A DNA stretch of 45,813 bases from an uncultured bacterium (GTDB lineage: Bacteria > Fidelibacterota > Marinisomatia > SCGC-AAA003-L08 > TS1B11). Positions within the stretch are counted from its first letter, which is position 1; each line of letters starts with the position of its first letter. The stretch lies in contig CAZJBG010000003.1 in NCBI GenBank assembly GCA_964543925.1, positions 1-45,813 on the forward strand. The letters run 5' to 3'. Under the pieces are notes generated by a model. The model had not been told where the DNA came from, made no database searches, and saw only the letters and a list, made by a program, of their open reading frames with translations. This document shows positions 1-7,818 of the stretch, one piece after another. A program made the position numbers and the translations under genes.

Positions 1-68
1 TCGCCAACGAGGTGCCCAAGGCTAAACTGGCCAATCCCCTGTTCTACCTGAAGCTGCTGTTCAGCTGA
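1..68 (+). CDS. 3' end of an unidentified host CDS (N-terminus outside the window)
   Basis: Frame 3 is open from nt 3 to the TGA at 66-68 (...ANEVPKAKLANPLFYLKLLFS*). Its GC-rich codons match the bulk of the window. It is too short for a functional call. Confidence 0.35.
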   Translation, partial: ANEVPKAKLANPLFYLKLLFS

Positions 69-83
69 CCGCGCCTGGCCCGC

Positions 84-94
84 TTTGCGCCCAA
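84..94. repeat. Left copy of the 11-nt direct repeat TTTGCGCCCAA
   Basis: Exact match to 2430-2440. The surrounding sequence 81-97 (CGCTTTGCGCCCAAATA) also resembles 2401-2418 (CGCTCTTGATCCCAAATA). Confidence 0.5.
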
Positions 95-368
95 ATACTC
101 TTGTCGGCAAATACATTACCCTGATTTCCGCGCCATGGAAATTAGAATTTATGGACAGTCTGAAAGCCAAGGGTTTAAGCCATCAAGATTATCAGAAATG
201 GTTTAGGATGGAGCACATATTCTGACGAAATTGTACCGACGACTGTGCTCTGTGTACATTTATAATTGCTGGCAGTCATAGGAACTCATGGAACATCATA
301 CGGGATCGTATTGTTAGTGTAATCGGATTCATGATTGATATCAGTTTTAAATTGGAGTAAGCAACAGG

Positions 369-1139
369 GTGGGCGAACCAGTTAGTAGCAAATTAAATAC
401 GCCATCGATTCCCTGGCTTGCGGAATCACTACGTTATACCTCATTTATTCCAGGTAGGGTGGAAACAGATCTAAGATCATGGTGGGATTCGACAACTGGC
501 GTGGATCCAGATAAGATTCAGACCGAACCCAAATCGGATTCTCAGACTGTCGAGGGTACAGTAGAGGGAAAAAAAATAATCTTGCAATTTACTCAATCTC
601 GAGTGAATTGGATCTGGGCTCCCAGCGAGATAGAATTATTGGGCGAATTTCCGCTTAGACATATTGGTGAATTTAAAAACGTCCTGCCTGAGTATCTCGA
701 TCTGTTGGATCGCTGGTTTAGCATTAAGGATTTACCCGAATTCCACCGTATTGCCTTCGGTGCTGTATTGATTTACCCCGTAGCGTCGCTTGAGGAGGGA
801 TACACTAGGCTACAAGATCAAATACCGTCACTATCATTAGATCCTTCAGTCTCAACGGAAGTTGAGTATAGCATCAATCGGCCAATCACATTAACTGTAA
901 ACGATGATCCGTTTGAGATAAATCGGCTTACTAAATGGTCTATGAAGAATTACAAAGTAATCGCGATTGAGCCTCAAGGTACTCAACATGAAGCCCAACA
1001 ACACTTATGCCGCTTGGAATTAGACATCAATTCCACTCAAGACCGTGCTTCTCCTGTTCCGGAAAAGGAGATTCCTGCATTATTCCATGGACTCGTTGAT
1101 TTAGGTGTACAAATATCAGACGACGGGGAGTCTGTATGA
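369..1139 (+). CDS. Hypothetical protein (256 aa), first gene of the low-GC cassette
   Basis: GTG start at 369 is the first canonical start after the in-frame TAA at 348-350. GGAG lies at 354-357. The stop overlaps the next ATG (ATGA at 1136-1139). I recognise no motif. Confidence 0.7.
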   Translation: MGEPVSSKLNTPSIPWLAESLRYTSFIPGRVETDLRSWWDSTTGVDPDKIQTEPKSDSQTVEGTVEGKKIILQFTQSRVNWIWAPSEIELLGEFPLRHIGEFKNVLPEYLDLLDRWFSIKDLPEFHRIAFGAVLIYPVASLEEGYTRLQDQIPSLSLDPSVSTEVEYSINRPITLTVNDDPFEINRLTKWSMKNYKVIAIEPQGTQHEAQQHLCRLELDINSTQDRASPVPEKEIPALFHGLVDLGVQISDDGESV

Positions 1140-1801
1140 ATTATTCAATTTGGTCGAGTTCAGAATCTGTTGTACCAAAACAAATACCCGCACTCAATCC
1201 AATCAGTACAGATATAGATGCTGATTCCGCAGAAAACCGAAATGAACCATATTATGCTCTAAGTCCTTCAGACCAAGCAATTACAACTCTGGCAGCAAAT
1301 TCTTGGATGGGCCGGGCTGAACGGATAAATGAAATACTACTGCAGTCCCTCACCTCTTCGAGAATTCCCATCGATGACTATGTCGATTTAATTATTGAAC
1401 TGTTCGCTGAACTGAGTAATGAAGATTATGAGTATTATACTGACAATCCTGCATATTATCAGATAGTAATTGCGATTTCGGCTTTTCAAGATCAGGCATT
1501 GAACTTATTATCTAATGAAGTTTTCAAGGATTCGCGCGATGAGGATGGGGCAGCGATTTTAATAGATTTGCTTGGAAAACTCAGGGATAATAACACATTG
1601 GCATTGAGGAAGGATTTAATTCTAAGAGCACTTCGAGACGACTCCAATGTAATCAGGCATGCCTCGATATCAGCATTGGGACATCTTTGCGAGAAGGATT
1701 TGGCAGAGGATGTTGATCTCGCATTTGATCGAGAAGACTCGCCCCTACTTAGAAGCGGTTTAGAAAGGCTAAGGGCTAGGTTGATCAAGTTTGGAGCGTA
1801 G
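1136..1801 (+). CDS. HEAT-repeat protein (221 aa)
   Basis: ATGA overlap with the upstream gene and a GGGGAG Shine-Dalgarno just upstream. The C-terminal LRDDSNVIRHASISALGHLCEKDLAEDV..DREDSPLLRSGLERL fits the HEAT/PBS-lyase repeat pattern (D.d..VR..A..ALG.l). Confidence 0.75.
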   Translation: MNYSIWSSSESVVPKQIPALNPISTDIDADSAENRNEPYYALSPSDQAITTLAANSWMGRAERINEILLQSLTSSRIPIDDYVDLIIELFAELSNEDYEYYTDNPAYYQIVIAISAFQDQALNLLSNEVFKDSRDEDGAAILIDLLGKLRDNNTLALRKDLILRALRDDSNVIRHASISALGHLCEKDLAEDVDLAFDREDSPLLRSGLERLRARLIKFGA

Positions 1802-1804
1802 TAT

Positions 1805-2338
1805 TTGCGCATGGAATTTGTAAGAACGGTAGAATATATAAGGGCACCACGTTGGGAGAAGACGACTTACAATCGTGATAAGTATAGATGGTTACCGAAG
1901 GGTGACTATCCTCTTGATCTGATTGTTAAGGATTGCAGGAATATTGGGGACGAGAACGATCCTGTGATATCCATATTCAAATTAGAGGATCGTGCCTACT
2001 TGGATCGTATTCTTGCAGGATGGGCCGTCATCAGGTCTAAAAATCAGGGTGTTGGGTTTATTATCTTCGATGAAAACATTCCGGGGAGTCATAATATTAG
2101 AATCTCTGATGATCTTGGTACTACAGCAGACCCGGAAATTAATGAACTCCATCGCAATCTTAAGGAGCTCACTACTTCACGGACTGCGAATCTAGTTAAC
2201 GACGTTGTACTTACCGGAACGGTTGACTCACGCTCCGAAGAAGATCTTGTGGAGATAGTAATAGATGCACACGCCCATGGCTATCTTAGCCTAAGGAATC
2301 GCATACAGCCCTACTGGAAAACAATTTTAGGGCTCTGA
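1805..2338 (+). CDS. Hypothetical protein (177 aa; alternative ATG start at 1811)
   Basis: TTG at 1805 sits 8 nt after GGAG (1793-1796) and 3 nt after the upstream stop. It has the same low-GC composition. No recognisable motif. Confidence 0.7.
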   Translation: MRMEFVRTVEYIRAPRWEKTTYNRDKYRWLPKGDYPLDLIVKDCRNIGDENDPVISIFKLEDRAYLDRILAGWAVIRSKNQGVGFIIFDENIPGSHNIRISDDLGTTADPEINELHRNLKELTTSRTANLVNDVVLTGTVDSRSEEDLVEIVIDAHAHGYLSLRNRIQPYWKTILGL

Positions 2339-2429
2339 TTGTCGTTGAGAAGGTGGGGTCAATAAGAGGTACTGTGTCACGTAACCTCACTAGAACATCC
2401 CGCTCTTGATCCCAAATATATTCTCCGGA

Positions 2430-2440
2430 TTTGCGCCCAA
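2430..2440. repeat. Right copy of the 11-nt direct repeat TTTGCGCCCAA
   Basis: Exact match to 84-94. It lies where GC content climbs back toward host level, between the cassette stop (2338) and the convergent Wzi-like gene stop (2588). Confidence 0.5.
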
Positions 2441-2587
2441 TAACAATTATCAGCAATCCTGGTACTTCGAGAGTGGTCCTGATAGTTGGCCGGCTGGCAG
2501 CTGCCAATGCCCCAGTTATCTTTCGCCCCATACGTTATCTGCGCGTCCTGCGTCAGGGAGGTGTTATGTAAAGTGGGAGTTACCGAT

Positions 2588-3988
2588 CTATTGATCAAGC
2601 ATGCGGGTGATGGTATACCCGGGCAGGTCGAAATTGTAGTAGAAGCCCAGCTGGATGGAGGTTTTGGCCACGTCCTCCGTCGGTGCAGGCTTGGCCGGAT
2701 TAAAGCCGGCGTTGTCCCACCGGATGCGGCTGATGCCCGCCTCAAGCCACAGTTTCCGATAGACGTTCCGCACCATGGTGAGTTCCAGGCTGCCCACGGT
2801 TTCCGTCTCTCCCGAGAAGCGATCATAAGGCACCGTTGCGTATTGCTCTTCTAGCATCCCAGTCGTGAGCTCCCCGCGCTGGGCGTAGAGATAAGCCACC
2901 GACCAGCGGGAGTCTTGCCAGGGCAGCTGATAAGAGACCTGGAGGGATTGGGCATGGGGACCGATCCAATTTCCCAGGGGGTAGCCGTGGCTGGCGGCGT
3001 CGTTGACGGGGAACCGGTGCCGGTACACCCGGTGGTCGGTCCAGGTGGCTTCCACCAGCAGCCGATCCTGTTCCAGGATGATGGATCGTCCATCCAACCC
3101 GCCCTGCCAGGCAAACCAGTTCCGGTTGCCCGTCTTGAAGGTATCCTGGGGGCGCCATTCATCCATCAGGAAGACGCCGTATAGGCTCAGACCGGGCAGC
3201 AGGTCGACGGTGATGTCGGCGCTCATCTGCACGTTGTCGATGTCCCCGAGGTAATGCTGAACGTGCCAGTAGGGGATGAACGGCAGCAGGTAGGCCAGCT
3301 CCAGCCCCCGTGACCCGTAGATGACCAGTTCGGTGAATCCCACCGTCAGCCGGTCGACGGGGGCAATTTCCAGGCGGTGGGCGGCGACATGGCGGCTTAC
3401 CTGGATCCGTCCCTGACCTATCGGTCCGCTGTAGATGCTGGTGCGGGAGGAATCGGGCACCCTGCTCACCAGGTCGCCATGGCGGTAAATGACCCGTACC
3501 TTGGCATTCAGCTGCCAGTCAAACCCGAACTGGGGATAGGTGGGTGGCTTCTCCGACAGCGTGAGGGAATGGAGTCCCGGTCCCCACTGCTCGGCAAATT
3601 TCCCCACTACGGCCTGGAACGATCCCCCGTCGTAAGTCATCACCAGCTCGCCATAGTCCGTGTCGAACTCATCAGGTTCTCCCGAAGCGAACTCCTGCCA
3701 TGAAAAGCCCTGCTCCGGTGAGAACGGGTTTGGGAGGGTCGTCAGGCCAAAAAAGCGCATGTTGATAAAGTCGGCCGCCAGGGACCATTTCCCCTGATGG
3801 ACAACGCCTCGCGCACCCCAGCCTGCAAAGGAGATCGGTTCCTCGCCGGCTCGCCACAGTCCCCCGGTGGTACGGTGCATACCAAAGAAGATCGGTTCCA
3901 CAGTGACGGTCTGCGCCTGGAGCGTGGTCCCAACGGCGGCGGCAATCAGAACAATTTGGATCGGTTTCGAGAAGATTGGGGCTATCAT
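2588..3988 (-). CDS. Outer-membrane beta-barrel protein, capsule-assembly Wzi-like (466 aa)
   Basis: The internal ATG at 3986-3988 gives the signal peptide MIAPIFSKPIQIVLIAAAVGTTLQAQ. GKFAEQWGPGLHSLTLSEKPP resembles the WGPG..SL.LS core I associate with Wzi-family proteins. The sequence is rich in alternating aromatic beta-strand segments. The family call comes from memory of the motif only. Confidence 0.6.
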   Translation of the reverse strand: MIAPIFSKPIQIVLIAAAVGTTLQAQTVTVEPIFFGMHRTTGGLWRAGEEPISFAGWGARGVVHQGKWSLAADFINMRFFGLTTLPNPFSPEQGFSWQEFASGEPDEFDTDYGELVMTYDGGSFQAVVGKFAEQWGPGLHSLTLSEKPPTYPQFGFDWQLNAKVRVIYRHGDLVSRVPDSSRTSIYSGPIGQGRIQVSRHVAAHRLEIAPVDRLTVGFTELVIYGSRGLELAYLLPFIPYWHVQHYLGDIDNVQMSADITVDLLPGLSLYGVFLMDEWRPQDTFKTGNRNWFAWQGGLDGRSIILEQDRLLVEATWTDHRVYRHRFPVNDAASHGYPLGNWIGPHAQSLQVSYQLPWQDSRWSVAYLYAQRGELTTGMLEEQYATVPYDRFSGETETVGSLELTMVRNVYRKLWLEAGISRIRWDNAGFNPAKPAPTEDVAKTSIQLGFYYNFDLPGYTITRMLDQ

Positions 3989-4219
3989 GTGCTGGTCGCT
4001 GCCGTTTCGGTGAGTCGTTGGGTGTATAAAGCGCCGCAATTTAGACCGGGTAACCCGGCCAGGTGAACACATATTACAGCTTTGGCGTCGGATATAAGCC
4101 CTGCCTGCCCGTGGCCGCCGGCCGTAAATTGCACGGTCACTTGAGAATGCTATCATGGTTAATAAGTCACCGGTAAGTATGAGGTTGCTCCCGATGGAAT
4201 CCCTGGGGTCTATGATGAG

Positions 4220-5143
4220 GTGGACGATTTGCACATCCTGGTAACCGGAGGAGCCGGGTTTATCGGCTCCCATGTAGCGGAAAAATTTATTGCGCTGGGG
4301 CATGAGGTCGTCATCCTGGACAATCTCTCCACAGGCGCCAAGGACAATATCCCCCCCGGGGCGGTCTTTGTTGAAGGCGATATTACCGACAGCAGCACGG
4401 TGACCGAATTATTCAGCCGAAAGCGGTTCGATGTGGTTGTCCACCATGCGGCCCAGATGAATGTGCGCCATTCCGTCGAAAATCCGGCCTTCGATGCCCA
4501 GGTGAACATCTTGGGCACCCTCAATCTTCTCCAGGAGGCGGTGCATACGGGGGTGGCGAAGTTCATGTTCGCCTCCACGGGCGGCGCGGTCTATGGTGAG
4601 CAGGAGAATTTCCCCGCCGATGAGCAACATCCCACCGACCCGGTTTCTCCCTATGGCATCAGCAAGTTGGCCTGCGAAAAATATCTAGCCTATTACCAGG
4701 TTCAGTTTGGTTTGAAAACCGTCATCATGCGTTACGCCAATGTTTACGGTCCCCGGCAGAACCCCCATGGTGAGGCGGGGGTGGTGGCGATCTTTGCAGA
4801 AAGGCTGGTGAGGGGCGAACCGGTCACCATCAACGGCGATGGCTTGCAGACCCGGGATTATGTCTATGTGGGGGATGTGGTGGAGGCCAACGCCTTGGCC
4901 CTGGAGCATAACAGTCCCCTCACTTTCAACGTAGGGACCGGTATCGAAACCGATGTGGTCACCCTCTACCGGCATCTGGCCCAGGCCGCCGGTACTGATT
5001 TGCAGCCCAAACATGGCCCGGCCAAGCCGGGTGAGCAGCGGCGCAGCGTGATCTCGCCGGAGTGGGGCGGCAAAAATCTGGGTTGGGCGCCCAAGGTGGC
5101 CCTTAATGAGGGATTGGAACGGACCTTTCGGTCATTTGAGTAA
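4220..5143 (+). CDS. NAD-dependent nucleotide-sugar epimerase/dehydratase (UDP-glucose 4-epimerase-like, short-chain SDR)
   Basis: ILVTGGAGFIGSH Rossmann motif, YGISKLACE catalytic YxxxK, and a 307-aa length typical of GalE-type enzymes. GTG start at 4220 (TTG at 4229 is also possible). Confidence 0.9.
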   Translation: MDDLHILVTGGAGFIGSHVAEKFIALGHEVVILDNLSTGAKDNIPPGAVFVEGDITDSSTVTELFSRKRFDVVVHHAAQMNVRHSVENPAFDAQVNILGTLNLLQEAVHTGVAKFMFASTGGAVYGEQENFPADEQHPTDPVSPYGISKLACEKYLAYYQVQFGLKTVIMRYANVYGPRQNPHGEAGVVAIFAERLVRGEPVTINGDGLQTRDYVYVGDVVEANALALEHNSPLTFNVGTGIETDVVTLYRHLAQAAGTDLQPKHGPAKPGEQRRSVISPEWGGKNLGWAPKVALNEGLERTFRSFE

Positions 5144-5152
5144 CTTGCCCGG

Positions 5153-7753
5153 ATGAATAATGGCGTGCGAAAATTGATGACCATATCTGCCCATTGGAGG
5201 CCAGGCATCGTCCTTTTATTGGGGTTGGCTGCCCTCCCATTTAGCGTTCATGGGGGTGAATTGCTGACCCAGCCCTGGCGATTTGATGCCGGGCCGGCAG
5301 GATCGGTGCCCGAAACCCGGTTCCTAGTACTGACCCCTGAAACAGGCTACACGGCCGCGTCAGGATATGGCTGGCTGGCGGCCCCGGAGGCTGCCGTCCA
5401 CCACGACGCGCGCAGTCGGTCGAGGGATACGTTCACCATCGATGGCGTTACCGGGAAGCAATATGCCTTTAAGGCTGACCTCCCCGGAGGCAAGCGGGGG
5501 CTAACCCTTTGGATTGAGGCGGGTATGGAAGACTCCAGCACCCTAATTATTTCCACGAATGGAAAGAATATTGCACCCGCGTGGCAGGACTTTAACCCCC
5601 CGGCTGAAGGACGCACATCCCCACAGATTATTTATCGTGTCCACCATCAGATTGTCGATGTGGGCGAGTCGGGCCTGGAGCTGGCTTTCAAATCTGACGC
5701 GGATGAAATCACGCTGCTTGGATTAACCTTGCTCCCCATGGGTGCGCCTGAAAACGAGCTGGATCAGTCGATCTTCGAAGAGCTGCAGCGGCTCGGCACC
5801 TATGGCGGCCACCTGGCTCTTGAGAATATCTTGGCGGACGGTGGTGGTCCCGATGCATTGCGTGATCTTCAGATAAAACTTGAGAGGCGTTTGGCCGCGG
5901 ATGAGACCGATGGGTTTGCCGCTTATTGGCACGAGCAGTTATCGGTGTTGATTCAGGCCGAGGATATGCTGCGGTTGCTGGGGTGGGAGTGGGCCAATAC
6001 CGAATATGGCCTTGGGCTGTTTGACCGGTATTTTCAGATCGTCATGTATTTGGACGGCTTACTGGGTTACCCGGAGGCCGGCGATAGCCCCTTGTACGAG
6101 CGGGCCCTTTTTCAGCGTGCGCGAATGCTGTACTGGTTGAACCTCGAACGTGGCGGCGATCAGGAGGAGGCAGCAGCGTTGCGGGACGTTGGGGCCATCC
6201 ACAACCTGTATCCGAACGATGAACTGCTGCGCATGTATCACGGGGATGAAGTGGTTACCGCGGGTCCTTGTGAGGCATTGACGCCAAACCCGAACGCACC
6301 CGAATGGTCCCAGGTTCAGCAGCAGATCCTTTGCCGATTGAAGCAGGAGATCAATTGGTGGGTGGATGAACGCCAGGCAGAAAACGGTGAGTTCGGCGGC
6401 AAAATTGGTGACGATGTAGAGTTGTTGCGGGTCTGGCCGGCACTGGCTGCCAGCGGCCATAAAAATACTTTGACCGGCTGGTCGAAACTGGCCGATGCCG
6501 CCTGGAACAGCCGCAAGGTGCACGAGGGCTATTCGAAGCGGCCCCTCGATGTTGAGCATGCGTCCGAATACATCGCCGATACCGCGCCTGAGTTGGCGCT
6601 CTTCCTCGATGAGCAGGTATATGTGGATCGTCTCCGCTATTCTGTCGACTACTTCCTCGATTTCTGGACAGTCCGTACCGGCAACGATGAGCGTTATTTT
6701 AAGTCGGCCTGGTTCAGCTCCACAGAAATTGATGCCGAGCCGCCCCGTGACCGGGACCTGGAGATGAACACGCGGGCTACCAAGGCCGTGCGCTATTCCG
6801 CGTTTCTCACCGGCGATGAGCAGGTCATCAACGGGCTGGAAGAGTGGTCATTGGGCTGGTTACGCGTAGCCAGGAGCCGTGACAAAGGCAAGCCCAAGGG
6901 CATCATGCCCGCTTCAGTGCGGGCCAGCGATGGCGCCATCAATGGAGACGAGCCCACCTGGTATCAAGCCAACATGTTCTGGGACTATTTTGAATGGCAG
7001 CATAATGCCGGTACCATGTTGCTCGATCAACTTCTGTTCACCTCCATACTCACCGGGAATCAGGCCCTGCTCGAGCCCATTACCGAATCACTCAAATTGG
7101 TCAGTGAATTTGAAGCCAGGCACGGCCTGATGCAGGCCCATGAGTTTGCGCCCGGATCGACGGAATGGGCCGCCGCAATCCTGCGTGACGAGCTGAAATT
7201 TTGGGACGTGATCGAGCAGTGGCGGATGGTCACGAACGATGATACGTACGATGATTTGATCCTGTTGCGAGGCACGCCCTATAGCCGATTCAGGTTAACG
7301 GGCGATGAGCAGGCGCTCGTGGCCGGGATGACGTCGCTGCTTCGTACGACACGGACAAACAGACCCCTGAGAACGACAGAGGTGCTCCATACCGATCGGG
7401 TCTACCTGCCGGGGGCAGACCACGTGAAGGCCATGCTTACCGGATCGGGCATGTCCGAGGGATCATCACCCTATTACCTGGTGACCTGGGAGAACACAGG
7501 CGATGGGTTCACGGCCCTGGTCAGATCAGGGGACGCACAAACTCTGGAAGTGGACATTTTTGACCATGGGCGCAAAAGCAGCAAACTGTCGGCGCGGCTC
7601 TGGCGTTTATTACCGGGAAAGTATACCTTAACGGTTACACGCGACGGCAAGCGCCCCAAAACAAGGACCGTACGGGTGAAAGGGCGAGGCGATCGTGTGG
7701 CTATGACCATACCGGCAGGTGAACGGGTCCACATATCGCTGAAGGCTAAGTAG
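5153..7753 (+). CDS. Secreted 866-aa protein of unknown function (N-terminal beta-sandwich, central alpha-rich region, C-terminal beta-sandwich)
   Basis: Starts 10 nt after the epimerase stop. Signal peptide GIVLLLGLAALPFSVHG. The N-terminal WRFDAGPAGS..GYTAASGYGW..FKADLPGGKRGLTLWIEAG resembles the FDFG..GY..GYGF..lP.G.Y.V accessory domain seen ahead of pectin-active esterases. GEFGGKIGDDVELLRVW looks like an alpha/alpha-toroid repeat. I found no catalytic motif. Confidence 0.85.
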   Translation: MNNGVRKLMTISAHWRPGIVLLLGLAALPFSVHGGELLTQPWRFDAGPAGSVPETRFLVLTPETGYTAASGYGWLAAPEAAVHHDARSRSRDTFTIDGVTGKQYAFKADLPGGKRGLTLWIEAGMEDSSTLIISTNGKNIAPAWQDFNPPAEGRTSPQIIYRVHHQIVDVGESGLELAFKSDADEITLLGLTLLPMGAPENELDQSIFEELQRLGTYGGHLALENILADGGGPDALRDLQIKLERRLAADETDGFAAYWHEQLSVLIQAEDMLRLLGWEWANTEYGLGLFDRYFQIVMYLDGLLGYPEAGDSPLYERALFQRARMLYWLNLERGGDQEEAAALRDVGAIHNLYPNDELLRMYHGDEVVTAGPCEALTPNPNAPEWSQVQQQILCRLKQEINWWVDERQAENGEFGGKIGDDVELLRVWPALAASGHKNTLTGWSKLADAAWNSRKVHEGYSKRPLDVEHASEYIADTAPELALFLDEQVYVDRLRYSVDYFLDFWTVRTGNDERYFKSAWFSSTEIDAEPPRDRDLEMNTRATKAVRYSAFLTGDEQVINGLEEWSLGWLRVARSRDKGKPKGIMPASVRASDGAINGDEPTWYQANMFWDYFEWQHNAGTMLLDQLLFTSILTGNQALLEPITESLKLVSEFEARHGLMQAHEFAPGSTEWAAAILRDELKFWDVIEQWRMVTNDDTYDDLILLRGTPYSRFRLTGDEQALVAGMTSLLRTTRTNRPLRTTEVLHTDRVYLPGADHVKAMLTGSGMSEGSSPYYLVTWENTGDGFTALVRSGDAQTLEVDIFDHGRKSSKLSARLWRLLPGKYTLTVTRDGKRPKTRTVRVKGRGDRVAMTIPAGERVHISLKAK

Positions 7754-7818
7754 AACTTGATCCGAAGAGTGGATGGCAATCATGCCATCCCGAACGACCG
7801 CTTCAACACCACGCATCA

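Larger units (their letters stand above)
84..2440 (+). other. Compositionally foreign ~2.35-kb three-gene cassette (possible horizontally acquired islet)
   Basis: Hand GC counts of 60-nt lines: 421-480 = 24/60 and 1201-1260 = 22/60 inside the cassette. Host lines give 37/60 (5281-5340) and 40/60 (9421-9480). The cassette is bounded by the identical 11-mer TTTGCGCCCAA at 84-94 and 2430-2440. Its three genes are packed with a 4-nt overlap and a 3-nt gap. Confidence 0.5.

Noticed and set aside
151-225. 24-codon ORF (MDSLKAKGLSHQDYQKWFRMEHIF) in the AT-rich leader of the low-GC cassette
   Set aside because: It is too short, has no RBS and cannot be assessed for conservation. It could be a leader peptide or a relic, but it is not supportable from sequence alone.
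3989-4303. N-terminal 105-codon extension of the 571-aa ORF (2588..4303, minus strand)
   Set aside because: The extension overlaps the start of the divergent epimerase gene and has no signal peptide. Its peptide (MPQRNKFFRYMGADKPG...) does not look protein-like. The internal ATG at 3986-3988 yields a clean signal peptide, so the CDS was called 2588..3988.
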